Shown here: in pieces, positions 20,471 to 31,251 of the stretch
How the letters are laid out: each line of letters begins with the position of its first letter
Position numbering within the stretch: the stretch's first letter is position 1
Assembly (NCBI GenBank): GCA_963662585.1
Contig: OY759729.1
Location: forward strand, 2,272,001-2,336,000
DNA: 64,000 bases
Direction: 5' to 3'
From: Candidatus Cloacimonadales bacterium
Lineage (GTDB): Bacteria > Cloacimonadota > Cloacimonadia > Cloacimonadales > JAFGVF01
Translations under genes and position numbers: made by a program
The notes under the pieces: model-generated
Told to the model about the DNA's origin: nothing
Seen by the model: only the letters and a program-made list of their open reading frames with translations
Databases searched by the model: none

Positions 20471-23400
20471 ATGAAGTCATTCACATTACTACTCGTCATG
20501 TTAATAGGGTTGATAAGCTTAAATGCTGACAACTATTCTGTTAATTTTGATATCAATGATTTATCCACCACTATCAATGCTATGAAATTTCACGAGTTTA
20601 AACTCGCTGATTGTAGTGCTACCAGAGAAATCGGCCATCCAAAATTGCCTTGTAAGGTAGTAAGTTATATCATCCCTGTCAATATGAAAGTGAGCAATCT
20701 TTCAATATCAGAAAATTCTATACTTTTAAAAGGAACTTTCAATGTAATGCCAGTTCAAACTCCTGAATTTGAGAATGGAGAGAATGTAGATTTTACACCA
20801 CCAGATTCTACAATCTATGCACATAATATGATTTATCCCTATAGTAGTGCTCAGATCGTATCTCACTCATATATGGATGGTGCTAACAATATTGTTAGCA
20901 TTGCATTATTTCCATTACGATACAATCCAGTTACGGGAGTAGTAACATTTGCAAACAATATATCAATAAGCTTTAATTATGTACCATCAAGTGAGCAACC
21001 TCTTTATCCCACAAAGAGATTTGCAATTGATACTCCTAAGTATGATGCCTATCTATATAATCTTGTAGAAAATCCTAATGATATAGCCACTCATAGAAAC
21101 TTATCTAATATTGAAATTGACCCTAGTGGACCCGAAGATTTCAACTACTTGATCATCTGTCCTGATGATGTTGTTGACCTTGAACAAGGAGAAGAGAATC
21201 CCTTTGCAGAGTTTATTAACTGGAAAGAGCAAAAAGGGCACCGGGTGAGATTGTTAACCTATAACCAGATAGCAAGCTCAATTAATGCTGGGAATGGAGA
21301 TGATATTGGAACCTATTTAATAAACGACATTCCGGGAAAAGTAAGAAAATATTTGAAACACCACTGGGAAAACCATGGATTGGCAAATGTATTAATAGTC
21401 GGAGGCAAAGATGACCCTAAACGTTATGCTCATCAAATGAGCCAACTAGACCCCCCAATAAATTCACAAATTCCATCTGATTTGTATTTTTCAGATTATA
21501 ATGGAGACTGGAATAATGATAATGACCCATATGAATGCTATGGAGAATTCAGTAATAGCCTTAATACAGGATTATCTGACCAAATTGACTATCTTCAAGA
21601 AGTTTTTATCGGACGTGTTATATTGCCTCCTATTATAGATTCTCCCGCTGGTTCCCCAACTCGTAAACAAGCAATCAAAAACTGGTCAGAGAAACTGATC
21701 ACATACGAAAAAGGACCGGGAAGTGGATTTGTTGGATACACAGATTATGTCTATTATGTTACATCAAATGAAATTACTACCTCTGCTTATAATACATTAA
21801 TAGACAATGGCTTCCGAGGTCAGAAAGTCGAATCAGAAATGTATGGAGAAGTTCTAAGACCATCTGGAAGTACAGTAATTGCTAACATAAATGAGTATCT
21901 TCCTGGAATCATCATTTTCTCAGCTCATGGGAATAAATGTAGGATACGAATCGCTGACAATGATGATGAATATGATTCTATAGCTAATAGTATCACTTCT
22001 GTCGATGGCTATGTTCATCCTTCCTATAGTTATGAGAATGAATCAAATAATGGGATTGATGATCTATCAAATCCATATCAAATGTACTCACTAGTAATAG
22101 CCAAGTCTTGTAATACTGCCCAATATGACTATGCCATGAATTGGGGTAATGAAGACGCATACCCTTCTATGGCAGAAGCGTTTACAACTTTTATACCTAG
22201 TGTGGGAGGTCCATTATGGTTAGGTAATACTAGAAATGGAATAATTTCATCAACATGGGAGTATAATTTTGTAAATAACGTATTTGCTTCCGATGTTAAT
22301 ACTTCGTACCCTGAGGCAAATCCGTGGAATGCTGGAGCAGGCTTTGCTACTGCTAGATTTCAAGAGTCTTTAGGTAGTTATGCAGCACATAGCATGCATT
22401 ACTTCGGGGATCCGGATATAGATATCTGGTCAGCAAATCCCGGGAAATTGAGAGTTGAGATAATTATTGAGAGTAACTCTGTTTGCCTGTACGATGAAAA
22501 TGGTAATGTTATTGAAAACGGAAGGATAGTATTCCAGAGTGATACACAGAAAAGTATCGTATATACAAATAACAATGGTATTGCTACCACAGACATTGTA
22601 TTTAAAAAAGTTTCTGCATTCAAACACAATTTTGTTCCTGATTTCATTCGGGTTATTAGAGGAACTGAAACTATTTCATCATCAGTAGAACAAGCTTGCG
22701 AATTAGAAACAAGAGTAATAGTTCCAGAAAGTGCTACATTAATACTTGATGGTGATATTACATTATTGTATAAATCACAAATTATTGTTGAAGGAGAGTT
22801 AAGGGTAATAAGCAACTCGGTTGTTACTGGGACTATTGCCTCAAATCAATATGGCGAGAATAAAATTACAGTCAATGGAAGTATTTTTTTGGGTACAAAT
22901 GTTGAGTTTATGGCTCCGATTGGAAAAACGTGGAATGGACTTATTATCAATTCCCAGGATAACCTAACACTTAACAATTGCTCTTTCTTACGAACTCCTT
23001 TAGAAATTAACAATACTACTGCTCAGTTTAACTCCTGTGATTTATCTGATGCCTTGTTTACTGCCTCGAGCAGCAATGTCATTTTTAGTGATTGCAATAT
23101 AAATAATTGTAATAACTCTGTAAATCAATCAACTATTAGTTATTCTGGAACTGATGGATTGCAAAGCAATATAGATTGCTCAGATTCTGATGTTATTATA
23201 CTTGAAGGGATATTTATAGAAAGTCCTTTCACTATTAGTGGAAACCTTTATATGAATGGTACAGAAATGCAAGCTGATGATTGTTCTCATGGTGGCATAG
23301 AAACAATAAATTCTGTAGTTAATATTGAGAATTGCATATTTAATAATAATAGCATTTTATGCCGTTCTGAAGGGTTTCATCAAAGTAATGTTTCAGTATA

Positions 23401-24790
23401 TTTCAGCAATAACATGCTCGATACAGGGGGAATAGAATTAGTTTCTATACCAAACTACACAATTATTGACAACACAATAACAGATGCATATTCTTATGGT
23501 ATTTCGATAAAATTTAGCGGAAACAGCGGAACTTGTATAGTTGAAAATAATACTATCGAAAATAATGGAACAGTGGGCATATATCTGTGGGGTTCTTATT
23601 GCGATATAAAAGATAGTAATCATATTCAATTTAACGATTCTTATGGTATTATGGCAAATAGTTTTAGTTCCTGGTCATTAGTTGGTAATAACCAACACAA
23701 TTTTGCTCATCAGATTATCAGAGACAATACAAATTTTCAACTCTGGATGCACCAAAACTCAACTCCTGATATTGTAAGATTCAACAACATACAAAATAAC
23801 AACCATAATTCTCCTTGGGTTAAAATTAATCAGAATCCGAATAACATGGTTGATATTCGATACAATTATTGGGGTAATAATTTCCATCCAGAACAAGACC
23901 TCATTCCATTTTCATCTTTTGATTTTGAACCTATTTGGATACCTGGAAACATCCCCTATATTGAAGAAACAACAGCAGCCGCTTTATATAGGATTGCGTA
24001 TAATCATGAACTTACAGAAGAGTTCGCTGAAGCAATAGCAGATTATAAACAATTGATTAGTGAGTTTCCTGACACAGAACAAGTCGTACTTGCTGCCAAG
24101 GCTTTGTTGCGAATAGAAGAGAAGAAAAAGTACAAGACTGATTGGAGTTCTGATTTTAATACACTAAAAAATTATTACAATACTGAGAATAACCTTCGTT
24201 TAACAAATGACTTTGAGTTTATTACAAACTGCTTGTCTACGAAGTGTGACATTAAATTGGAGAACTATGAAGATGCTATCAGTTTTTATGAAAACGTAAT
24301 TGACGATCCACCTTCTGTTATTGATTCTATATGTGCTATTATAGATCTAGGGCATGTTTATTTATTGATTGATGATGATAAAAATCAAACCAGTTATGTG
24401 GGGAAAAAACCTCAATTCAAAGTAACTTCTTTTACTGAATGGGAATCTCGAGTAAATACACTCCTTACACTATTAGACAACGAAATATTAAATGAAGAAC
24501 ATAATATCCCTTCTACTGTAACCATGATAAGAAACTATCCCAACCCCTTCAATCCTTCGACCACAATATCTTTCTCAATACCTACAGATATGAGATGTAA
24601 GTTGGATGTGTTTAATCTTCGCGGTCAAAAAGTTAAGGTTCTTGTAAATGAAAACCTTAAGGCAGGAGAACATAATGTTATTTGGAATGGTAAAAACACA
24701 AATAACCGAAAAGTTGCATCAGGTGTTTATTTTTATCGACTAACAACAAGCAAAAAACACTTGACACATAAAATGATAATGATGAAATAA
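20471..24790 (+). CDS. Gingipain-like C25 cysteine peptidase with propeptide, beta-helix, TPR and CTD
   Basis: G.PKLP propeptide, WKEQKG, PSDLYFSD, IGRV, putative catalytic SAHG and SCNT, YFGDP, C-terminal YPNPFNPSTTI. Confidence 0.85.
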   Translation: MKSFTLLLVMLIGLISLNADNYSVNFDINDLSTTINAMKFHEFKLADCSATREIGHPKLPCKVVSYIIPVNMKVSNLSISENSILLKGTFNVMPVQTPEFENGENVDFTPPDSTIYAHNMIYPYSSAQIVSHSYMDGANNIVSIALFPLRYNPVTGVVTFANNISISFNYVPSSEQPLYPTKRFAIDTPKYDAYLYNLVENPNDIATHRNLSNIEIDPSGPEDFNYLIICPDDVVDLEQGEENPFAEFINWKEQKGHRVRLLTYNQIASSINAGNGDDIGTYLINDIPGKVRKYLKHHWENHGLANVLIVGGKDDPKRYAHQMSQLDPPINSQIPSDLYFSDYNGDWNNDNDPYECYGEFSNSLNTGLSDQIDYLQEVFIGRVILPPIIDSPAGSPTRKQAIKNWSEKLITYEKGPGSGFVGYTDYVYYVTSNEITTSAYNTLIDNGFRGQKVESEMYGEVLRPSGSTVIANINEYLPGIIIFSAHGNKCRIRIADNDDEYDSIANSITSVDGYVHPSYSYENESNNGIDDLSNPYQMYSLVIAKSCNTAQYDYAMNWGNEDAYPSMAEAFTTFIPSVGGPLWLGNTRNGIISSTWEYNFVNNVFASDVNTSYPEANPWNAGAGFATARFQESLGSYAAHSMHYFGDPDIDIWSANPGKLRVEIIIESNSVCLYDENGNVIENGRIVFQSDTQKSIVYTNNNGIATTDIVFKKVSAFKHNFVPDFIRVIRGTETISSSVEQACELETRVIVPESATLILDGDITLLYKSQIIVEGELRVISNSVVTGTIASNQYGENKITVNGSIFLGTNVEFMAPIGKTWNGLIINSQDNLTLNNCSFLRTPLEINNTTAQFNSCDLSDALFTASSSNVIFSDCNINNCNNSVNQSTISYSGTDGLQSNIDCSDSDVIILEGIFIESPFTISGNLYMNGTEMQADDCSHGGIETINSVVNIENCIFNNNSILCRSEGFHQSNVSVYFSNNMLDTGGIELVSIPNYTIIDNTITDAYSYGISIKFSGNSGTCIVENNTIENNGTVGIYLWGSYCDIKDSNHIQFNDSYGIMANSFSSWSLVGNNQHNFAHQIIRDNTNFQLWMHQNSTPDIVRFNNIQNNNHNSPWVKINQNPNNMVDIRYNYWGNNFHPEQDLIPFSSFDFEPIWIPGNIPYIEETTAAALYRIAYNHELTEEFAEAIADYKQLISEFPDTEQVVLAAKALLRIEEKKKYKTDWSSDFNTLKNYYNTENNLRLTNDFEFITNCLSTKCDIKLENYEDAISFYENVIDDPPSVIDSICAIIDLGHVYLLIDDDKNQTSYVGKKPQFKVTSFTEWESRVNTLLTLLDNEILNEEHNIPSTVTMIRNYPNPFNPSTTISFSIPTDMRCKLDVFNLRGQKVKVLVNENLKAGEHNVIWNGKNTNNRKVASGVYFYRLTTSKKHLTHKMIMMK

Positions 24791-24851
24791 ATATATTCAC
24801 CTAAAATAGGGGTTTGTATCAAACAAGCCCCTTTAACTAAAAGGATACATA

Positions 24852-27290
24852 ATGAAAAGAATATGGTTAATATCTTTGTTATTTCTTACAGCTATGATTT
24901 TGAAAGCAACAATACATGAGGTCGCTATAGATGGTACTCAAAATTGGCCTACAATATCTTATGCACTCGAATATTGCATATCTGGAGATACAATATTGGT
25001 TCATCCTGGTCATTATAACGAGAATCTAAATTTTTCAGGCAAAGATATAACACTCTTAAGTACTTTCATATTAGATAACAATCCTGAACATATTGAAACT
25101 ACGGTTATAGATGGTAATCTTGATAAAACAATCTATATACCTAACCAAGAAACTGTTATTATTGATGGATTTACTATAACAAATAATGATGAGCATAATT
25201 TCTATAACGGTATTTGGGGCGCTAGTGGTATACAGAATGAAGGTAATTTGGTTCTTAAGAATTCTATTGTTAGAGATTGTACAAATGGTGATGGAGGGGG
25301 CATAATTAGTATTGAAACATCAAGTTTAACTCTTGAAAATGTATCTATATATAATAATATAGCCTTAGGCTCAGGTGGGGGTATTTACATAATCTCTGGC
25401 TGTGAACTAGAATTGATAAACACATCAATCTATAATAATGTTGCATCTTATGGCATGGATATTGGTTTTAGTGGTTCAGAAGATAATCTTATAGAGTATA
25501 ACATAAATCTAATAAAGGGAAGTATTGCATTAAATGAATATGATGATTACTTCATTATGGCAAGTGGTAATTATAGAAATTATTATGATGATTATGTCTC
25601 AGTAAACATTGAGAGTGGCTATTTTGAAGAAATTGATGAAGATCTGTTTGTTAGTCCTAATGGTAATGATTCTAATAGTGGATTATCTGAAACAGAACCT
25701 TTAAAGACAATTACTAGAGGGTTACAGCTAATTAAAGCTAATGAAAATAATAGAAATACACTACATTTAATGCCAGGTACTTATAAACAATCAGAAGGTC
25801 AAATTACACCTGTAGGGATAAAATCAAATATAATTGTGCAAGGTTATGGCATTGGAGAAACTATATTGGATGGCGAAGAGACAACAGCTTTTTTGCATTG
25901 TGCATATCAAAGCAATATTGAAATTAGCGATATTACATTTAGGGATTTACGCTCAGTATATTGGTCTATAAATGGTTCTCTATCATTTCAAAGTTGTCAA
26001 GAGGCCATTATCAAGGACTTAGAATTTGATAATTGTCTGGTAGATGTTGGTTCTGGAATTTATGTTGTTTTCTCAGAAAATGTCAACATTGAAAATATAC
26101 TAATACATAATGTTACAAATAGTTTAGATTGGGATAGTGCAATGGCTATTGCCATAAAGTATAGTGACAATATAATGTGCAACAATATTATTTATACTAA
26201 CTCTTCTTTTACAGGTCTTGATAAATTTTTTGGTTATGATATAGATGATGCAGATGTAGAGCTTAGAAACTGTATTATATCAAATATACAAGCCGAGGAG
26301 GGTTCAATCTTCCAATATGACAACATGAGAAATGATTATGGCTTAGATAATGAAATAGAGATACATAACATGCTAGTTTTTAATAATGAATTTGAGATTC
26401 GGACTATAAATTGGCCCTTTAAGCTGTTTAATATACATCATCTTCCAAGAATATACAACTCAACATTTGCGAATAATAGTGTTAATAAAAGTTTTGTTAC
26501 CATCTATGGAGGAGTTGAAGTCTTTAATTCAATATTCTATAACCCTGAATCATGGGGTGATTTTGGTATTGCTAATGACCTACCCTACTACGACCCTAAT
26601 CACGAGGAACAAGAAGCTTTCATTTACAATAGTTTAATAAATAATGACAATTATAATCTTTTTGCAACTTATATCCCTGAATTAGTGCAGTGGGAAGATA
26701 ACTTAATTGGCCAAGTACCTCTATTTGCAGGTGAATTTAATGATTCACTTGATGTTTCTGATGTTGAATACTATGAACTAGCAGAACAGTCACCTTGTAT
26801 TGATGCTGGTCACTTTGATACGAGTTTCTTACTTGAAACTGATTTAGCAGGTAATCAGCGAGTTTGGGGTGGTGCTGTAGATATGGGGGCTTTTGAATTT
26901 GGTGCACCTGCAGTAGCTAATTATGAGGAAGAAGTTGAAGCTGTTAAAATGTCTAATATCAGTGTTTATCCTAATCCCGTAAACTTAAGTGGAAAAGCCT
27001 CAAGAAGTAGTTGTAGTATCGAATTTGTAATACCCAAGCAGACGGATAAACCAGTTGTTTCAATATATAATATCAAAGGACAAAAGGTTAGTAGTTGGAG
27101 GGTTAATAATAGTTATCAGGATATGCAGAAACATGCAGGTTTAAGAGAAAATAATAGTGGCAAGCAACTATACTCTACAATTTGGAATATGAAAAACAGT
27201 AATAACAGACCTGTTGCAAGTGGACTTTATCTAATCAGAGCAGAAACAGATAACTATGCAGCAGTTGGAAAAATGATAATAATAAAATAG
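24852..27290 (+). CDS. Secreted right-handed beta-helix protein (DUF1565/choice-of-anchor-Q-like) with CTD
   Basis: GDTILVHPGHYNENL, FVSPNGNDSNSG, SPCIDAG...DLAGNQR...VDMGAFEF, YPNP tail. Confidence 0.8.
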   Translation: MKRIWLISLLFLTAMILKATIHEVAIDGTQNWPTISYALEYCISGDTILVHPGHYNENLNFSGKDITLLSTFILDNNPEHIETTVIDGNLDKTIYIPNQETVIIDGFTITNNDEHNFYNGIWGASGIQNEGNLVLKNSIVRDCTNGDGGGIISIETSSLTLENVSIYNNIALGSGGGIYIISGCELELINTSIYNNVASYGMDIGFSGSEDNLIEYNINLIKGSIALNEYDDYFIMASGNYRNYYDDYVSVNIESGYFEEIDEDLFVSPNGNDSNSGLSETEPLKTITRGLQLIKANENNRNTLHLMPGTYKQSEGQITPVGIKSNIIVQGYGIGETILDGEETTAFLHCAYQSNIEISDITFRDLRSVYWSINGSLSFQSCQEAIIKDLEFDNCLVDVGSGIYVVFSENVNIENILIHNVTNSLDWDSAMAIAIKYSDNIMCNNIIYTNSSFTGLDKFFGYDIDDADVELRNCIISNIQAEEGSIFQYDNMRNDYGLDNEIEIHNMLVFNNEFEIRTINWPFKLFNIHHLPRIYNSTFANNSVNKSFVTIYGGVEVFNSIFYNPESWGDFGIANDLPYYDPNHEEQEAFIYNSLINNDNYNLFATYIPELVQWEDNLIGQVPLFAGEFNDSLDVSDVEYYELAEQSPCIDAGHFDTSFLLETDLAGNQRVWGGAVDMGAFEFGAPAVANYEEEVEAVKMSNISVYPNPVNLSGKASRSSCSIEFVIPKQTDKPVVSIYNIKGQKVSSWRVNNSYQDMQKHAGLRENNSGKQLYSTIWNMKNSNNRPVASGLYLIRAETDNYAAVGKMIIIK

Positions 27291-27390
27291 TTTCTATAAT
27301 ACTAAAACTTAAAGCTATGTCAGTTGCAGTTTTTGTTAATGATATATGTTAATTGTTCAATATGTAGAAGTTAAACTGGTATAGAAATTT

Positions 27391-27473
27391 ATGCTTCTCT
27401 CTCAAGTAGAGTGGGAACTAAATCTAATAGTAAATCAAGAAACTTAAAAATCTTCTTAGCTGCAGAGGCAGCG
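27391..27473 (+). repeat. Dispersed repeat family A, copy 2
   Basis: Near-identical to 11865-11945. Confidence 0.85.
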
Positions 27474-27586
27474 AAATATTTCCATTCCTTATTAAGTATA
27501 TTTTCATCTCTAAATAGTTCTTGACTTATTTTTTAGCAAAGTCCAAAAATGGCATTATAAAAAAATATTAATTTTTGGAGATAATT

Positions 27587-28657
27587 ATGTACAGATTTAG
27601 AAAAGATCTGGAGGCTAAAAAAGCTGTCGAGGTTAATGTTCCACACAAGAAAGTAATGATGTGTCTCAATGAGAGCACTCTCAATCCCTTAGATGCGGTC
27701 AAAGACCAGTTATTAGAAAACCTTAAATCCGTTCCTTTAAACAGATATTTTAATGATATTACCCCTAAATTAAGAGAAAAATTAGCTGAATATGTAGGTT
27801 ATGGAATTAAAACAAGTCAAATTTTATTCGGGAATGGGGCAGATGAGATGCTTTATTATATCTTCAACAGCGTGAGAGAAAGCGTTAGAAGTTATGCAGT
27901 TTCCCTTGCTCCTTCATACTTTGACTATAAGAGTTATTGCGATGCTGTTGGTTTAGGTTTTGAACCTATTGAACTTAATAAAGATTTTAACTTTTCTGCT
28001 GAAGAATATTTAGAGAAACTTAATCACCCTAATTGCAAACTTGGTATTTTGTGTAACCCTAATAACCCAACAGGTAATTTAATTCCAGATAAAAAAATAG
28101 TTCATATCTTAGAAAATACTGATAAATTAGTTCTTCTTGATGAAACATATTTTGAGTTCTCAGGTATTACTTTTGCTGATGTCTTGCATAAATATCCTAA
28201 TTTAATAATAGTAAGATCATTCTCTAAAGCTTTCTCCGTTGCCGGTTTAAGATTTGGCTATCTTATCACTTCTGAAGAAAATGCTAGAGAATTAGGGAAA
28301 GTTATGACTGCTTTCCATAGTAGTTTGATGATTCAAACTTTTGCTTACACTATCTTAGAAAATAAAGAAATCTTCTTAGATCATACAGAAAATGTTAAAG
28401 ATATTAGAAATAAACTCTATATCTGGATGCTCTCTCAAGATTATATCACTGTCTATCCTTCTCACACTAATTTCCTTATCTTCACTATCGGTGACTCTAC
28501 TCCAGAACTCTTTGAATACCTTTCTAAGAATGATGTGGCTTTAAGACCAGTTTGGGGACACCCATTACTTAAAAACCATATTAGAATAAGTATTGGTACA
28601 CAAGAAGAAGTTGAACTCTTTATGGGGCTATTCTTGAAGTTTATTGATAGGTTCTAA
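27587..28657 (+). CDS. hisC: Histidinol-phosphate aminotransferase family (PLP class I/II)
   Basis: GNGADE, CNPNNPTG, LDETYFEF, RSFSKAFSVAGLRFGY, RISIG. Confidence 0.8.
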   Translation: MYRFRKDLEAKKAVEVNVPHKKVMMCLNESTLNPLDAVKDQLLENLKSVPLNRYFNDITPKLREKLAEYVGYGIKTSQILFGNGADEMLYYIFNSVRESVRSYAVSLAPSYFDYKSYCDAVGLGFEPIELNKDFNFSAEEYLEKLNHPNCKLGILCNPNNPTGNLIPDKKIVHILENTDKLVLLDETYFEFSGITFADVLHKYPNLIIVRSFSKAFSVAGLRFGYLITSEENARELGKVMTAFHSSLMIQTFAYTILENKEIFLDHTENVKDIRNKLYIWMLSQDYITVYPSHTNFLIFTIGDSTPELFEYLSKNDVALRPVWGHPLLKNHIRISIGTQEEVELFMGLFLKFIDRF

Positions 28658-28673
28658 AGATCTTTTTACTATT

Positions 28674-28748
28674 AAAAAAGGCACTGATTTCTCAGTGCCT
28701 TAATTTATATGTGAATTAATGAATACTATTTATAATCAACTTTATATT
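28674..28748. repeat. 75 bp direct repeat, copy 1 (terminator plus last codons of the parvulin gene)
   Basis: Identical to 29772-29846; contains the AAGGCACTGA-TTTC-TCAGTGCCTT hairpin. Confidence 0.9.
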
Positions 28749-29076
28749 AATATTAATTTAGTAACAATGGGCATATGCACCTTGTTTGTTTAGCCGAAGA
28801 ATATAAAGCTAGTCATTGAGGTTGGTTATTTTCAAACCACAACTCAGTCAAATAGCTTTAACTGAATAATCCTTATGACTATTCAAATAGTCACTTTAAT
28901 ATAATTATTGACAACTCTAGTGGTCAGTTTATATTTTATCTCTCAGATAGAAGATCATATTTTAGATTTAGGGACTGTTACTCTTTTTCTAATTGGATTT
29001 TTGTGGCTCTTGTAAATGTCTGGTGGAAATAATATAGATCAATGAGAATTTTTCATTACTAGTGTTATTCTTAGAA

Positions 29077-29712
29077 TATCCCTGAAGGGGATTAAATAGT
29101 TTAGCCTGGGGTAAGATCCTATAAGGATCGTCACCCCAGGTACAATATCCAAAATTACGACCATAACCCTGTAAGGATTTAATAGAAGGCTAATTAGTTT
29201 ATATAATAAACTATTGGTAGATATTTTTTTATTAAACCCTTACAGGGTTACACTTTTTTAATACATCATAACCCAGGGTTGCAATCCCTTGAGTCTTCGC
29301 TTAAGCTTCGCCCTCACAAGTCAGGATTTTACCCTGGGCTAAACTATTAATCCCCGTTGGGGATATAAGACATATCCCTTCAGGATTAAGTCTTATTTAG
29401 CATAAAAACTTCTATTTCTTATACACTATAAACCATAACTTACGGCTCTTGTTCAAGTCTGGTGGTAGAAACAGAGTAATTATAAATGTTAACTTTTAGT
29501 TTATTAATAATTTATATTCCTAATGCTAAAAATTAGTATTTAGTTTTTTCTATTAAACCTTTTGAGTCTTCGCATAAAGCTACGCCCTCACAAGAGCGGG
29601 TTAGCTCGTTTTAGGGTGGATATCATACCCAGGGCTGCAATCCTTACAGGATTTGACCATGGGCTATCATATTAACACCCTTCCAGGGCTTTCTTGAACC
29701 CTTTCAGGGTTT
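29077..29712. repeat. Cluster of REP/REPIN-like palindromes (CCCTGAAGGGG, CCCTTACAGGG, CCCTTTCAGGG)
   Basis: 29077-29120 and 29323-29365 form a ~44 bp inverted repeat; partial second unit at 29550-29712. Confidence 0.7.
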
Positions 29713-29771
29713 ATGAATTTATAAAACACTGCATACCTCAACTTTAGCTGTCTTTATAACCAAACAACATA

Positions 29772-29846
29772 AAAAAAGGCACTGATTTCTCAGTGCCTTA
29801 ATTTATATGTGAATTAATGAATACTATTTATAATCAACTTTATATT
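29772..29846. repeat. 75 bp direct repeat, copy 2 (native parvulin 3' end and terminator)
   Basis: Identical to 28674-28748. Confidence 0.9.
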
Positions 29847-30570
29847 TGTTTTTAAGTTCTTCAACTTTAGCAACATAAACTTCTCTTTGTTTCATAGTCA
29901 TAAGTTCATTAGCAATAGTTTGCTTAACTTGGTCAAGTTCTACATCTTGAGCAGGAGTTTTAGCATCTAATTTGATGATGTGATAACCAAATTGAGTTTT
30001 AACAGGTTCTGAAATTTCACCAACTTCCATTTTGAAAGCAGCTTCTTCGAATTCAGGAACCATTCTACCGCGTGAGAAAGAACCTAATGATCCACCTTGT
30101 TCTTTAGAAGGACATGATGAATGTTCTTTAGCAGCAGTAGCGAAGTCTAACTCTTCACCCTTAATCTTGTTATAGATTTCTTGGCAAGCTTCTTCGTCAT
30201 CAACTAAGATATGACTTGCAGAAACTTCTTCAGCTTTAGCATATTTAGCTTTGTTTGCATCAAAGTGAGCTTGAAGTTCTTCTTCGCTAACTTTAGCACT
30301 CATGAGTAAATTATTAATATTGATCTGAGTTAAAACAGTCTCTTTCAATCTTTCTAATTCTTGTTTGAAAACATCAGTATCTTCAATTTTATTATCAATA
30401 GCATCTGCAAGAAGTAATTTTTGATTAACTAATTCGTTAAGAATTTGGGCTTTTCCCTCATCATTGTTAAATTGAGCAGCTCTTTCTTGACCTAATTGTT
30501 GTAGAAAAATATTCACATCTTGACTTGTAATATCTTTCCCTTCTACAGTAGCTAAAATTTTGTTTTCCAT
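29824..30570 (-). CDS. Parvulin-type peptidyl-prolyl isomerase (PrsA/PpiC-like)
   Basis: [37 protein letters not shown]. Confidence 0.92.
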   Translation of the reverse strand: MENKILATVEGKDITSQDVNIFLQQLGQERAAQFNNDEGKAQILNELVNQKLLLADAIDNKIEDTDVFKQELERLKETVLTQININNLLMSAKVSEEELQAHFDANKAKYAKAEEVSASHILVDDEEACQEIYNKIKGEELDFATAAKEHSSCPSKEQGGSLGSFSRGRMVPEFEEAAFKMEVGEISEPVKTQFGYHIIKLDAKTPAQDVELDQVKQTIANELMTMKQREVYVAKVEELKNKYKVDYK

Positions 30571-30675
30571 TTTATCTCCTCTTATTTATTCTTTGTGTAA
30601 GAAATATTTAATTAGCATATTCGTCAAATGTTTTCTCCCGATAAAAAAAATGCCTGCATAAGCAGGCTGTAAAAT

Positions 30676-30750
30676 TGGCGACCCCTAGGGGAATCGAACC
30701 CCTGTTGCAAGAATGAAAATCTTGAGTCCTAACCACTAGACGAAGGGGTC
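30676..30750 (-). tRNA. tRNA-Glu(TTC)
   Basis: Reverse complement GACCCCTTCGTCTAGTGG...TTTTCAT...GTTCGATTC...GGGGTCGCCA. Confidence 0.96.
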
Positions 30751-30787
30751 AGTTTATTCGTAAAAAACTGACAAAGCTATTTTTTTG

Positions 30788-30863
30788 TGGCATCTCCAAG
30801 GGGAATTGAACCCCTGTTGCTGGAATGAGAATCCAGAGTCCTAGGCCACTAGACGATGGAGAC
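30788..30863 (-). tRNA. tRNA-Glu(CTC)
   Basis: Cloverleaf with anticodon loop TTCTCAT and CCA end. Confidence 0.95.
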
Positions 30864-30879
30864 TTGATTGATGTTATAT

Positions 30880-30954
30880 TGGCGACCCCTAGGGGAATCG
30901 AACCCCTGTTGCAAGAATGAAAATCTTGAGTCCTAACCACTAGACGAAGGGGTC
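30880..30954 (-). tRNA. tRNA-Glu(TTC), identical second copy
   Basis: Same sequence as 30676-30750. Confidence 0.96.
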
Positions 30955-30961
30955 ATAGGAA

Positions 30962-31036
30962 TGGTGATCCAGGATGGGCTCGAACCATCGACTCTCTACT
31001 TAAAAGGCAGATACTCTACCACTGAGTTACTGGACC
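30962..31036 (-). tRNA. tRNA-Lys(TTT)
   Basis: GGTCCAG/CTGGATC acceptor stem, loop CTTTTAA, GTTCGAG T-loop, CCA. Confidence 0.95.
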
Positions 31037-31190
31037 ACTAAAATCACATTGATAATCAATGTATTGCTAAAATCTTAAAATATGCTTTTCTTGTCAAGAA
31101 TAATTTTAAATATTTTCTAAATCTTTAGGAATACTAGAATCATAATGCCATAAATGAGAAAGAAAGCAAGTTCCTAAGAACTTTGTTTTC

Positions 31191-31218
31191 AGACTGGAGG
31201 CAGAGAGGCCTCCAGTCT
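31191..31218. terminator. Terminator-like hairpin after the GH57 gene
   Basis: Perfect 11 bp stem AGACTGGAGGC/GCCTCCAGTCT. Confidence 0.65.
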
Positions 31219-31251
31219 ATTAGCTTTTTCTTTTATAACATTAAGTATATT

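Noticed and set aside
30749..30940. 63 aa ORF
   Set aside because: Overlaps tRNA genes on the same strand; spurious.
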